From an uncultured Candidatus Saccharibacteria bacterium (GTDB lineage: Bacteria > Patescibacteriota > Saccharimonadia > Saccharimonadales > AWTP1-31), in contig CALCZR010000059.1 in NCBI GenBank assembly GCA_937903325.1, forward strand, positions 232,760 through 296,759: a stretch of DNA of 64,000 nt, given 5' to 3'. The notes beneath the pieces were generated by a model. That model searched no databases. It saw only the letters and a list, made by a program, of their open reading frames with translations, and was not told the DNA's origin. Within the stretch, counting starts at the first letter, position 1. Each line of letters opens with the position of its first letter. The position numbers and the translations under genes are program-made. Of the stretch, positions 35,017 to 46,900 are shown one piece after another.

Positions 35017-35041
35017 GGGGAGCCCTGATGGCTCCCCTTTT
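35017..35041. terminator. Bidirectional Rho-independent terminator
   Basis: GGGGAGCC-CTGAT-GGCTCCCC followed by TTTT on the plus strand. The complement is followed by ATTTTCTT on the minus strand. It sits between convergent dus and the PRTase gene. Confidence 0.7.
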
Positions 35042-35065
35042 ATTGTTTAACGCACTTTAAACTTC

Positions 35066-35704
35066 CTATGCCCGGAACGTTGCAAGGTCTTCGCTGCTGT
35101 GGGCTACTATGATACCCCCAACCCAGCGTCCTGCTTCTGGCGCAACTCGTGCGTCGTTAGCACCCATGCCGGTCACCCAGAAGTCATCAACGTCAAAGCC
35201 ATAGAGTAAAGGATCTTTATATAGTTGTTCGTCTCCCGGGACGTCTTTAAGTAATAGCGTTACAAGTTCAACCTCTACTGCACCAAGTTTACGCAAGTAG
35301 TCGTCTACAAACGCAGCTGTGCCACCCCGGTCACGCATGTCGTCCAGGATAATGGCCAATCGCCCTTCTACGTTACCGCTTTCGATAAGCTTGGGCGGTA
35401 GTCCCAATACAAGTCCAGGCCCATCACCAGCTTTCTGCTTGTCTGCGTAGTGGCTCACGGTCATATACTGGTTATCTGGATGAAATCCAGGGTCCAATGA
35501 AGTCATCGCTGACATAAGTTTTTGGGCAAAAGGTGCGCCGCCGTTTAAGAGAGTTACGAATAGCGGGTTTACGCCTTCGTCGCGGAACTTTCTAAGAAGT
35601 GTGTGGCCCATGCTGTAAACTCTGTCGTTTACTTCATCTGGCGAGATGATCATGGTCCCCAGTGGGCCGACATCGTTAATCTCTCGTAACTCTGGCTTTG
35701 GCAT
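35066..35704 (-). CDS. Type I phosphoribosyltransferase (purine/HGPRT-like)
   Basis: SD AAAAGGAGAAG. PRPP-binding loop LAIILDDMRDRGGTA. 212 aa. Confidence 0.7.
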   Translation of the reverse strand: MPKPELREINDVGPLGTMIISPDEVNDRVYSMGHTLLRKFRDEGVNPLFVTLLNGGAPFAQKLMSAMTSLDPGFHPDNQYMTVSHYADKQKAGDGPGLVLGLPPKLIESGNVEGRLAIILDDMRDRGGTAAFVDDYLRKLGAVEVELVTLLLKDVPGDEQLYKDPLLYGFDVDDFWVTGMGANDARVAPEAGRWVGGIIVAHSSEDLATFRA

Positions 35705-35934
35705 AACTTCTCCTTTTCTATTACAGCAATAGTAAGCAACAGCTTAGATATATGCAAGAAGTTTGCTTATCGGTCTAAGTTCTACAACAATATGTATATA
35801 TTGGTGTAATAAAATGCAGAAAATGTCACAAAAAATACCTAAAACCACTACCACTTTCATTCTGCTTACGGTATGCTGGAAGTAACTAGACTAAGGAAAA
35901 CTATACAAACATTCCAGTAAGAAGAGGGAAAACA

Positions 35935-36361
35935 GTGAGAGTAACACAAAGAATATCTTCATTATCAGCGACCTTGCTATTGGTACTGTCTATGGCAGTA
36001 CCGTTTTTGAACCCACTGGTAGCGAATGCCTTCAGTGGATCAGGTGCGGGCAGTAGTGCTAGTCCATATGTAGTTACAACCTGTGCGCAGCTGCAATCCA
36101 TTGACCAGGATGCCCAGAACGAAGCAACCGAAGATAAGCGCTACGAGCTCGGTAACGATATAGACTGTTCCATGACCAACCCTGACGATCCAGATTGGAG
36201 CGATACAGGCACCTGGAGTGACGAGAAAGGTTTTGACCCAATTGGCGATAATTCACATCACTTCAATGCTCCTCAATAACCCTTACGCTGTAATTGGTCT
36301 GACAACTATGAGTGCCGCAACAATCTTCGTCATTTCAAAACGCACGAAAGTATCAAAATAA
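35935..36361 (+). pseudogene. Deletion remnant of a surface-protein gene (signal peptide plus first domain joined out of frame to a C-terminal anchor)
   Basis: The 114-aa ORF (GTG start) matches giant-protein residues about 158-230 (ANAFSGSGAGSSASPYVVTTCAQLQ...YELGNDIDC vs ASAFSGDGLGTEQSPYQIQTCIQLQ...YELAGPIDC). After its TAA, a different frame reads MLLNNPYAVIGLTTMSAATIFVISKRTKVSK*. This matches the anchor LLLNNPYVVVGLTSVSACALLCMSRRAGRNN* of 57930-59600. Confidence 0.6.
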
Positions 36362-36409
36362 ATCAAAATACTCCAACGTCTCACACATAATCTGCAGGGT
36401 GATATGGGC

Positions 36410-36415
36410 TATACT
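36410..36415 (+). promoter_or_regulatory. -10-like hexamer TATACT, 6 nt upstream of the mgtC ATG
   Basis: TATACT followed by GATTAG and then ATG (36422). Confidence 0.4.
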
Positions 36416-36421
36416 GATTAG

Positions 36422-36847
36422 ATGATAGATACACTTTTGTCCTCGAATGAATTCAAATTTTTTGTTGATCTGCTTCTGGCACTGATCTGCGGTTTACTAA
36501 TTGGCGGTGAGCGAGAACTGAAAAAGAAGCCAGCTGGTATTAGTACGCAGACTTTGGTGATTACTGGATCTATGATGTTCGCCTTTTTGTCTCAGACTGT
36601 TAATGTAGGCGATCCAACGCGTATTGCAGCTCAAATTGTTTCCGGCATAGGCTTCTTGGGCGCTGGCATAATCCTAAAATCTGAAACAAAAAAGACGGTG
36701 ACCAACGTAACTACTGCGGCCAGCATTTGGTATTCGGCGGGAGTAGGGATGGCGCTGGGCTTCAACTTTCATATTATCGCCGTCATGGCAGCAGTCTACG
36801 CTGTTTTGATATCGCGGATTCCACGTCTTAGTCGTAGTAACGACTAG
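36422..36847 (+). CDS. mgtC: MgtC/SapB family membrane protein
   Basis: LLALICGLLIGGERELKKKPAGISTQTLVITGSMMF...IVSGIGFLGAGIIL is a typical MgtC N-terminal domain. Confidence 0.8.
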   Translation: MIDTLLSSNEFKFFVDLLLALICGLLIGGERELKKKPAGISTQTLVITGSMMFAFLSQTVNVGDPTRIAAQIVSGIGFLGAGIILKSETKKTVTNVTTAASIWYSAGVGMALGFNFHIIAVMAAVYAVLISRIPRLSRSND

Positions 36848-36922
36848 CTAAGGTTAACCCCAAGAGTGGTTGCATAAGCATAAGAGGTGGGCTACAATAA
36901 ATTCGTTAAGTAAAAAATAAAC

Positions 36923-38620
36923 ATGTATAAAAAGTTATCAGTGAAATTCCTCATGAGTGCTGTCGTCAGTTTGGCGGCTGCGTTCGTGCTGCAAAACGGC
37001 CATGCTAGCGCCGCTACCATAACAGTTACTCCTGATGCAGTAGACCAGACCATCAACGGTAACTGTTCGCTATACGAAGCGGCAGAGGCAGCCAGTACTA
37101 ATGCCGCCGTTGATACTTGCACGGCAGGTTCAGGAGCTGACACTATTGACGTTCCGGATGGTACTTATGTGCTTGATAGTAATACCGCACTCTCATTATC
37201 GGATGGCGTGTTAAATGGTGCTTCACAAGCAGATACGATTATAGATGCCAACGGTACCGGCCTGGTATTTGTGGGTTCAGGCACTATAACGGTTACTGTA
37301 CAGAATCTGAGCATCATTGACCCTTATAGAGCCATAGACGTGTCTGGTCAGGACGTGAATATAACGATGGACAACGTCATTATCGATGGTGGGGCCAATG
37401 GTCCGTATATCCAAAGTAGCGCCAACGCCACCTTCACCATGACGAATTCCATCATTCGCAATCTTTCTAGTGCTAGTAGTGGTGACTATGGCTTAAGGCT
37501 CGACGGTATTGCTACCACTGTACTGGACGGCGTAGCTATATACGGCAATAATTTTAGTGGAACCAGTTTTACGGGTACGGCCGATATTCGCAGTCAAGAC
37601 ATTATCGCGAGCGACGTGGTAGTTTATGACAATGAGATCGCCGGAGGCAGTTTCTTCGCATTGTCAGGCCGGACGGTAGATGCCTCGGGCATCGTGGTGC
37701 GTGATAATACCAGTACTAGTGAAGGCGGAGCCGTCTTTATAGTGGGTAGCTACGACAGTGGGTCGTTTGAGGCAGATGTTACAAATGTTGCTGTGGTGCG
37801 CAACGAAGTTCCGGGCGGTTTGGTGGCTGGAGCTTTCTGCGATACGAGTTCTGCATCGTGTGCGGTGACAATGAGTAATATGACTGTCGCCGAGAACACC
37901 TCGTTGTATACAGCAATATTTCTCAATAATAGGGATGAACATCCTATGACAGGCGCATTACAGAATGTGACTATCGCCAATAATGTACGGGCTGGCAACA
38001 CAGGTGGTCCCACGTTCTCAGGCGGACTGCTAGTAGTGAGCGATGATGGTTTAGGCGGTGCACCAACAATGACCATACAGAATGTTGTGCTCGACAATAA
38101 TCTAGATGAAACTACCCCACGTAACTGTGTAGCGGCAAGTGATCCGTTTTTCAATTTAGTGTCCCTTGGCAGTAATGTATCATCCGACGCCACCTGTAAC
38201 AGCATGTTTAACCAGCCCAGTGATCTCAATAGTACAGATCCATTATTAGATGACCTAACAGAAGATAACGGAACGTGGGTCTTGCCACTTTTGTCTGGAT
38301 CACCAGCAATTAATAGTGGCGACACGATCGGGAGTATACTAACCGATCAGCGCGGCACATTGCGCCCTCAAGGTAGTGCATACGATAGGGGTGCTTATGA
38401 AGTACTCGGAGCCTCCATTCCTGACCCAGACCCAGATCCAACAGGCAATGGTGGTGGCAGTGGCGTCAATGCCGGATCTGGCCAAGCGGGGACCACACCA
38501 GGCGTGCCCAATACCGGTTTTCTTTTGCTTACCAATAACCCAGTGGCCGTACTTGTGCTCACATCGGCTTGCGCCGGAGCCATTCTCCTCCTTACTAAAA
38601 GAGCCAGCCGCAAATCCTAA
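36923..38620 (+). CDS. CSLREA-motif right-handed beta-helix surface protein with VPNTG sorting signal (paralog A1)
   Basis: Signal peptide. NGNCSLYEAAEAA...CTAGSGADTIDVPDGTYVL (CSLREA-type N-terminus). Beta-helix repeats. C-terminal DQRGTLRPQGSAYDRGAYEV (choice-of-anchor-Q-like). VPNTG at 38504-38518, followed by a hydrophobic stretch and KRASRKS. Confidence 0.8.
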   Translation: MYKKLSVKFLMSAVVSLAAAFVLQNGHASAATITVTPDAVDQTINGNCSLYEAAEAASTNAAVDTCTAGSGADTIDVPDGTYVLDSNTALSLSDGVLNGASQADTIIDANGTGLVFVGSGTITVTVQNLSIIDPYRAIDVSGQDVNITMDNVIIDGGANGPYIQSSANATFTMTNSIIRNLSSASSGDYGLRLDGIATTVLDGVAIYGNNFSGTSFTGTADIRSQDIIASDVVVYDNEIAGGSFFALSGRTVDASGIVVRDNTSTSEGGAVFIVGSYDSGSFEADVTNVAVVRNEVPGGLVAGAFCDTSSASCAVTMSNMTVAENTSLYTAIFLNNRDEHPMTGALQNVTIANNVRAGNTGGPTFSGGLLVVSDDGLGGAPTMTIQNVVLDNNLDETTPRNCVAASDPFFNLVSLGSNVSSDATCNSMFNQPSDLNSTDPLLDDLTEDNGTWVLPLLSGSPAINSGDTIGSILTDQRGTLRPQGSAYDRGAYEVLGASIPDPDPDPTGNGGGSGVNAGSGQAGTTPGVPNTGFLLLTNNPVAVLVLTSACAGAILLLTKRASRKS

Positions 38621-38708
38621 CCCACCGGTAATCATCGGGCAAGGGTTGATTGTGTAACCACAAGGGGTGAGTTACAATAATTATTGACAGTAATAAAATA
38701 AAAACAAT

Positions 38709-40424
38709 ATGTCACAAAAATCATCCATAAAATTCTTAATGAGTTTAGCAGTAAGTTTGGCCGCGGTATTCTTTCTGCAAGGTGGCCATGCTAGTGCGAC
38801 AACGATCAATGTAACAGCCAACGCCGTTGATCTAACCACCAACGGCAACTGCTCTTTATATGAGGCCCTAGAGTCTGCAGACACTGACGCTGCTGTAGAT
38901 AATTGTGTGGCTGGTTCCGGGGCTGACACTGTGAATGTTCCTAATGGTACATATGTGTTGGCCGTCATAGCTTTGGATTTTGGTGGGACGGATCTGACAG
39001 TTTCGGGCGCGAGCCGAGCCGGAACTATCATCGACGGTGATGGAGGTTATGGGCTGAATTATGATGGAGGTAGTGGGGTGCATAGCCTTACGTTGCAGCA
39101 TTTGACGGTAACAAACACTAAAGGCCTGAGCAGCTTGGTTAGCGCTGAGGTTAATGTAATCATTGACGACACAATATGGAGCAATTCCTTTACGGAGTTG
39201 TACCACGCCCCAATTAGGATATATGGGGATGGGGCAACAGATCTCACTGTTTCCAACACGGAGATATATGGCAATACCAGTGATGATGGTTTGTGCGGAA
39301 TCGAAACACAATCTAAAGACCGGGTCAGCCTGGCTAATGTAAAAGTGTACGACAATGTTTGTACCATAGGCAGGATCCTTGGATTAAGAGGCGAGGTCGT
39401 CACGCTAGATCAGGTCGAGGCTTATGGTAACGAAAGTACGGGTATTATCTATGTGGCTGCGGCAGCTAGTACCGTTGTAGAGGGGTTAAAGGCTCACGGG
39501 AATACTGCTACTGACGAGGGGGTTGTTGGTGTTAACACTCCAGACATGGACCTGAGTTATGTCGACGTATACGATAACACAGGCTTTGCGCTGGGTCTGA
39601 GTGTAAGCGGAGCACTTGGATCGATCACACTACATCATAGTTCAGTCGTGGGCAATGACGGTTTTGGAGCGCTATTTATGACGAATGATGGGGGTGGGTT
39701 TGACGTTAATGTTAGTAATGTAACCGTCGCCAATAACACTACTGGATATTCAGCGATTACCTTTATGACAGACGAAACGAACCCACTGAGTGGCACTATC
39801 AAGAATGTTACTATCGTAGACAACCACCGCACCGGTAACTTCGGTTTTGCACTACCCGCAGGATTGCTTTTCATGTCCAACAGTCAGATCGCCCCAACTG
39901 CCAATCTCGAAAACATACTTATGTCAGGGAACCTGGATGAAGCGACCCCGCAGAACTGCGGTCCACTATCCCAGCCCCAGATGTTCTCGCCCGATTCCCT
40001 TGGGCATAACCTGAGCAACGATAATACTTGTGGTGATGTATTCGACCAAACAAGTGACCATAATAACGTTGACGCCATGCTCGACCCGCTGATAGAAGAT
40101 AATGGTACGTGGGTTGTTCCTCTTCAAACTAATTCGCCAGCAAATGATGGCGGGGCCACCGTGGCGGGCATGACCGACGATCAGCGAGGTACGGCTCGCC
40201 CGCAAAACGATGCCTTCGACATTGGTGCCTATGAAGTGCTCGGAGCTGCTACCTCAAATCCAGGTGGTGGCAGCGGTAATAACGCTGGTGCTGGCGTAAT
40301 CCCCGGCGTACCAAATACCGGCTTCGGTCTACTTACCAACAATCCATTTGCAGTACTAGTGCTAACCTCCGTTAGTACAGGAGCAATCCTCCTCATCTCC
40401 AGAAGAGTCAGCCGCAAAACCTAA
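38709..40424 (+). CDS. CSLREA-motif beta-helix surface protein with VPNTG sorting signal (paralog A2)
   Basis: NGNCSLYEALESA...CVAGSGADTVNVPNGTYVL. DQRGTARPQNDAFDIGAYEV. VPNTG at 40308-40322, followed by a hydrophobic stretch and RRVSRKT. Collinear with 36923-38620 and 57930-59600. Confidence 0.8.
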   Translation: MSQKSSIKFLMSLAVSLAAVFFLQGGHASATTINVTANAVDLTTNGNCSLYEALESADTDAAVDNCVAGSGADTVNVPNGTYVLAVIALDFGGTDLTVSGASRAGTIIDGDGGYGLNYDGGSGVHSLTLQHLTVTNTKGLSSLVSAEVNVIIDDTIWSNSFTELYHAPIRIYGDGATDLTVSNTEIYGNTSDDGLCGIETQSKDRVSLANVKVYDNVCTIGRILGLRGEVVTLDQVEAYGNESTGIIYVAAAASTVVEGLKAHGNTATDEGVVGVNTPDMDLSYVDVYDNTGFALGLSVSGALGSITLHHSSVVGNDGFGALFMTNDGGGFDVNVSNVTVANNTTGYSAITFMTDETNPLSGTIKNVTIVDNHRTGNFGFALPAGLLFMSNSQIAPTANLENILMSGNLDEATPQNCGPLSQPQMFSPDSLGHNLSNDNTCGDVFDQTSDHNNVDAMLDPLIEDNGTWVVPLQTNSPANDGGATVAGMTDDQRGTARPQNDAFDIGAYEVLGAATSNPGGGSGNNAGAGVIPGVPNTGFGLLTNNPFAVLVLTSVSTGAILLISRRVSRKT

Positions 40425-40463
40425 CACAGCTAATAATACCTATGAGGCCGAACCTTGTAGGTG

Positions 40464-40865
40464 TTATTTGATGGTTACGCGGGCGGCTTGGGTGCGGTCT
40501 GTTTCGCTCAGGAGGATGGTAACTTTTTGATCTTTTTTGAGGTCTTTTGCCGTGACTTTTTTAGCCGCACGTACATAGGTGGTTTTGTCGGTAAGGGCTA
40601 TAGTCTGATCTTTCCCGGTTGCTAACTTTATTACTAATTGCTTGTCGCTGATCTTAGTAATGGTGCCGGTACTGCTACGCTGAAAAAAATTGGCAGCGTT
40701 TTTAAAGGCGTCGTCGATGGCCTGCGAATCAACGTGTTTGGCAGCTTCATCTTTTTGACCATGTCGATACCCTCGTTGGTAACCACCGTAGGCAGTAATT
40801 CCCAATGCAACTAGTGCAGCAGCTATCGAAAGAATAATGCCCTGTTGTTTCCTTGGTATCTTCAT
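40464..40865 (-). CDS. Membrane-anchored hypothetical protein
   Basis: 133 aa. TM helix GIILSIAAALVALGITAYGG followed by a small Lys-rich beta-type domain. Confidence 0.55.
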   Translation of the reverse strand: MKIPRKQQGIILSIAAALVALGITAYGGYQRGYRHGQKDEAAKHVDSQAIDDAFKNAANFFQRSSTGTITKISDKQLVIKLATGKDQTIALTDKTTYVRAAKKVTAKDLKKDQKVTILLSETDRTQAARVTIK

Positions 40866-40961
40866 ACTTATGCTTAATTGTACTGATCTGGCGGCATTTT
40901 ACAAAATAAGCTGCTAATAAGTTGCATCTCTAGTACAATAGAGGCAAGCATAAGAGTTTAT

Positions 40962-43900
40962 ATGAAGAAGGCAACAGTAAGAATTGTTCAGCGCAAACGG
41001 CTTGCCGATAAAGCCAATGGCCTAGGAGATAAAATATACCAGCAGCGGATCAAACTTCTGCCGGTTTTTGTCATGCTGGCGTCTGTTACGGCCTTGATAT
41101 ATCTGCGCGTTCAGCCAGAGTCCGCCAAGGTTGTCAGCCGCGTAATTGAATCCAGTTTGAGCCAAATAACTCGCATGTCATTTCTCTGGTCGCCGCTCGC
41201 AGGCTTGATCGCATTGTCTGCCGCGGCTTTGCTGTACATGTGGATGGACTACCAGCACCACAAAAAGCCTCTTATTCGTGTGTCGCCTAAAACAAAGTAC
41301 GGCATGTTGCACCATCTTCGGGTTGTTGTGTTGCCACGTTTCAAATACCGCTGGCGCCCTGCATTGTACTGGTTGGCCGTAGCAGAAGTTTGCGCTGCAG
41401 TCTTTATCGCAGTTGTCGCTATTGTGGGCGTGCCATCCGCTTCAGCTTTTTCAGGTGACGGCCTAGGTACCGAGCAAAGCCCGTACCAGATCCAAACGTG
41501 CATACAGTTACAGGAAATGCATGATGATCTTGATGGCCACTATGAACTGGCAGGACCCATAGACTGTACTGGAACGAGCTCGTGGAATGGGGGTAATGGA
41601 TTTTTAGCTATTGGCACAAGTTCTGGCAACGAATTTACGGGCACACTAGATGGGAAAGATTTTGCCGTAGATGGGCTATACCAGAGAGTTGTAGATAACG
41701 ACGCACCCTCTGGGCTACTGGGTTCGGTAGTGGGTGGAACGGTTCACAATCTAAAGCTCACCAATGTAGACATTGCCTCCAGTACGGGTGGATCTACAGT
41801 CGCTCCGTTCTCCTCCGAGATTTTAAACGGCCAATTGTCGGATATTTCTGTTACTGGAACAATACAGGCTACCGGTAATGATGGTGCAATATATACCTCT
41901 GGTTTCGCGGGCTTGGTCGCAGTGAGTACTGTTAGTCGGGTGAGCGTCAATGTTGCCATTGTTAATAACAGCGTTGATGACGATGATGAGATCGGTAAGG
42001 GAGCATGGTCTGCTGGCTTGGCATTTGTGCTGCAGATGTCTACGGTTACCGATTCCTACACTACCGGTACTATAGCCGGTAACTTTCCTGCGGGTGGCAC
42101 TGCTATGTACGCCGGTGGATTTGCTGGGCAGATAATGATGGGGTCAGTTAGTAATAGCTACAGCAGTATGTCGATCTCTATTACGCGAAATCCGAGCTTG
42201 GCCCCAGCCATTATGGTGGTTGGCGGTTTTACAGCTTTCGTAGCGGCTGCCGACATGAGTAATAATTTCGCTACGGGGCAGCAATCTATATCAGTGGGGA
42301 GTATGGTGGCAGACTATCGTGGTGGCTTGGTGGGAGGAGTGATGTTTGTTGAAGATGCCGATCCACCTTTCAATGAGAATATAACGGGTTCTAATAACTT
42401 CTATGATATTACGAGGGCTAATCAGGCTGGATGTGTCGGTGCATATGCTGGAGAGGAACTAGAAGTACCTGTGCCCGACCAAACTCCTGGTGGTTTCTGC
42501 ACGGCAGTAAATACCGGCAGTTCTCAGCCAAACTACTTCTTCAATAACTCCACCAACCCACCATTCAAAGTAGGAAGCACGCAGGTTTGGGATTTTACAA
42601 ATGTATGGCGAACGGTTAGTGGTGGAGCACCAATTTTTGGTACGCAAGTTCCTGGTGTGCCAGCACTACCGGGTAAGGTCCGTTCATTGACGACTTCTAG
42701 CACTGACGCTACCAGCTTAACGGCCCAGTGGCTTGCACCAAGTTCCAATGGTAATTCGGCCATTACTAACTATGCAGTTGCCTATAAGTTACATAGTGTA
42801 AGTACTTGGACGCCTGTAGCGCGAACGCCTTCGACCACCACTTCACAGCTGATTACTGGCTTAACGGGTGGGCAGCTATATGACATACGAGTGGCTGCCA
42901 TTAACACAGTTGGTCAGGGAGACTGGGAGACTACTCAGAATGTTGGCACTAGTCAGGTGCCATCGGCAGCTCGCAACCTAGTGGTTAGCGGTGTGGCCCA
43001 AACGGGGCAACTTGAGCCGTATTATTTTCCAAAGCTTGACTGGCAGGCTCCGGAAGTTGGCGCCCCCATCACCGACTACGTTATCCAGTACAAACCCAAT
43101 GCTGGGGAAGATTGGGACTTGATTGCAGATGATATGCAGGGCGAATTCGACTGGGCAGAAAACATTGGGTCCTGGACGACGCTCAACGACGGCGTAGGCA
43201 CGGCGCTTAGTTTTAATGCGAGTACTTCATCCGACGCCGACTTTATTGGCTTATTGGTTGCCAGTCTGCCCGGAGAGGTACGTGCCATAGGCGATATTGA
43301 ATTTCGAGTGGCAGCTGTTAACTCTTATGGTCAAGGTCCGTGGAGTAATCTTGATAGTTTCCAGGTATTCATTGGCTTGACCGCCTGCCAACAAATGCAT
43401 GATGTGCTCGATGAATATCCCGGCGGTGTTTTCCAGCTGCTTAACAATATCGATTGTAGTGACACCGTGAATTGGAATGGTGGCCAGGGTTGGGAGCCGA
43501 TTCAGGATGAGTTTACGCCATTCCAAGGAGATCTAGACGGCAACGGCTTCACTATTAGCAACTTACATATGGAGAACCAAGACGATTACGTAGTGGGCCT
43601 GTTTGCCTACGTCGAAAATTCAATAATTAAAGATCTGACCTTGAGTAATGTAGCTATCCGCTCACTCAGACAAGCTACGGTTTCTTCCATGGTAGGTCCT
43701 CTGGTGGGCGTAGCTCAAGGCGACACAATACTATCCAATGTGCATGTTACTGGCTCGGTCGTTGGGCCTCGAGGTGCTGGCGGCATTGTGGGAATAATGG
43801 GCAATCTGACAGGGTCGGTCACGTGGAGTAACTTGACGTTTACTGGGGTAGTAAAAGGACAGGAAATGGCTGGCGGATTGCTTGCTGGCTTTGGTACTCC

Positions 43901-46900
43901 CGGTCAATTAACTATCGAGAATTCACAAAGTCACGGTTCGTTGGAGGGTATTCAGGGGGCAGGTGGCGCAGTGGCCTTTGGTCAAGGGTTGTCGCTGTCT
44001 CATGTAACATCTGATATGTCTATACTCTCGGGTTGCAAGTCGGCGGGCGGGCTCATCGGTACCTTGCAAGTCGGCTCGTTAGCAGACTCTGAATATACCG
44101 GCTCTATCCAATGTACTGCAGAGAATGCCGGGTACTTTAGTCAGCCCACATCGGTAGCGGTTGACGCCCAGAATCAGGTGTACGTCTTGGGTCATACCAT
44201 CAGCAGTACTATCTACAAGTTTTCATCTAATGGTGATTTATTAGCGCAGTGGAATTTTGCAGAAGGTAACTCAACTAATGGGAACCCCAAGGGCATTGCC
44301 GTCGACGCGCAGTCTCGGGTATACGTCACCGATGACGCCTACGATGAAGTCCGAATCTTTAGCAGTTCAGGTGTGTTATTGGATACATGGCCGACGCCAG
44401 ACCCCGGTAAGTTAACGGTCGATGCTAATAATAACGTATATATTGTCAGTGGTGATAGCGTCCGGAAGTATACCCAAGACGGCAATTTGCAGCATACCTG
44501 GGACGGTGAAGGTGCTTTCGAGCAGTTATATGATGTAGCTGTTGCAAGTGACGGCCGTATCTATGCGGCGGATATTGGTCAAGATCGTATCCATGTGATG
44601 GACAGTGACGGGGAAGTGATTACGTCGTTCGATAGCGAAGGCGCGCCATCCGTAGAATTCCAAAGTCCGGCTGCAATCGTGTTGGATAGCGCAAACAACC
44701 TATATGTACTGAATGGCAGTGCGCACCATGTGGTCGTTTTTGACTCTTCCTACCAGCCTATCGGAGATTGGCAAACACCTAATAGCGAGGTATATTCCGG
44801 GTCAGACATGGCGATGCGCGCCGACGGCAAGCTAACCTTACTCGGTACAAAAGTATATCAACTTAGCAGTAATGGTACGGTAGACAGTCATTGGGGCGGC
44901 ATCAGCAACTGGTTTGGCTCTGATCCTGGCGGCATAGCAGGCGGTTTGGTAGGTGTGTATGGCGGCACTACAGAACCACTCACCATACTAAGAAGCGCCA
45001 GCACAGGTACCATTACTTCACTCGACGGTACGGGTAAAGGCATTACCGTAGGGGGATTACTTGGTGCGACTGGTCAAATCAGCGGTGTAACCATTGATGC
45101 CAGCCATCCAGAGCAGTCGCTGACTCATGGTGTAATCATCAATGACTCTAACTCATCAATGGACATTACTGCTGCGGGCCAAGTGATTGTGGCCGGTGGT
45201 TTGGTAGGTTACTCAGACATTTCTGATATCAATAACTCTTCGGCATCTGGCGATATTGCCGTGTCTCATGATGCAAACTTCGCCGTTATACAAAGTGGTA
45301 TGGCTGGCGGTTTCATCGGTACAGGACAAAGACTAACTCGCATACGTAATTCGCATGCTACGGGCCAAGTAGCCATGGAGGGCTTCATCCCGACTAATGG
45401 ACAGGGCCCAATCGTGGGTGGTTTGTCAGGTAGCTTGGCAGGCTGGACACATCTCGATAATGTCTATGCAACCGGCAGCGTGACCGTATCAGCCAATCAA
45501 GATTGTAACCCAGGGCAATGTGCAGAGCAGGTAAGTTCCTATGCTGCAGGCCTGGTTGGTTTAATGAGCTCAAAGCCAAGCATTCCGGCGCTGTCTGTCG
45601 TGAATAATGTCTATGCAACCGGAAGCGTCAACTATAGTGCTCAAAGATCGGGTGTTTTTGCTGGGGGGCTGATTGGGCAAGCACAAATGCAGTATTTACA
45701 GCTTGGTAGTGTCCACGCAAGTGGTAGCGTCAGTATTACGGGGGCTGATGTAGTTGCCTTTGCAGGAGGATTGTTTGGTACGCTGATGACTGATCGTGAC
45801 ACAACGGTTCAACGTTTGTATGCCACCGGCAGTGTAACTAACGGCGGTAGACTTTACAGCCTTGGCGGCTCACCTTCGAGTTCTGCAGGATTGATCGGGC
45901 TTATGTCAGGCCCCATTACGCTTCAGACCTCATATGCCACCGGGGATGTAGAAGGCCCTGGGGTGGTGGCGGGGCTGGTGGGTAATGCCATACCATTCGC
46001 CTATGCTCAAGGGGGTGGGCCTGCAGACGAAAGGACTATCGAAAATAGCTATGCAACGGGCAATGTCGCTGGCAAAAATAGCGAGATGTACTTCAGCGAG
46101 AATTCTGAAATTGGTGAAGGGTATGTGGAGTTTGGAGCTGTTGCGGGAGGGTTAGCAGGGTCTATTATCGAGACTAATGTTACTGCCACCTATGCCAGTG
46201 GCACGGTATCAAATGAGACACCAGAGTTTGCTGACACCGTTCCACTCGTATTCCAATCACTATATGGAACAGCTACCGGCGGCTTGGTCGGTTCGGTTAT
46301 GGTTTGGCCTCTCGAATCTGCACCGAATGATCTGACCAAGGTAACCAATTCTTTTAGTGCGACTACCATCCAAAATGGTGCAAGCGACCCTAAGGGATTA
46401 ATTGCGGGTAGGATTTTTAGATGGGTAGAAGAACCATATGACCAAAGCCAGCCGAGTCTCAACCCCGCAAATTTACTGGATAATAACTACTATGACGTAC
46501 AAGGCGGTGCGACCGTGCCCTGTGCTACAAATCAGTTGCTGGTTGTGGCCGAAAATACTGCAGACTCAGATTTACAATCCACAGAATTCAACGGCCAGGA
46601 GGCTTGCCATCCAGTTAACGCCAACAATCAAACGCCAAACTACTTCAAAAACAGTAACACTAATCCACCACTCGATACTTGGGATTTCTCGACACCAATT
46701 TGGTACAAGCACTTAGCTACCCACCCAACTTTTGTGGTAGGTGAGGCAGTCCCTGGGCCACCCCGAAACCTTGCTGGCGTACCAACTACTTCCAGTGTGG
46801 CACTGTCATGGCAAGCACCAAGTAGTGATGGCGGTAGTGCAATTACCAATTACCGAATTCAGTACAGAGTACACGATACCAATACGTGGAGTGAATATGA

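Noticed and set aside
36892-40417. Multiple antisense or alternative-frame ORFs inside the beta-helix genes (e.g. 37750-38325, 38681-39031, 38868-39311, 39059-39403)
   Set aside because: The plus-strand frames are mutually homologous paralogs with signal peptides and sorting signals. The others are frame shadows favoured by repetitive Gly/Thr/Asn codons.
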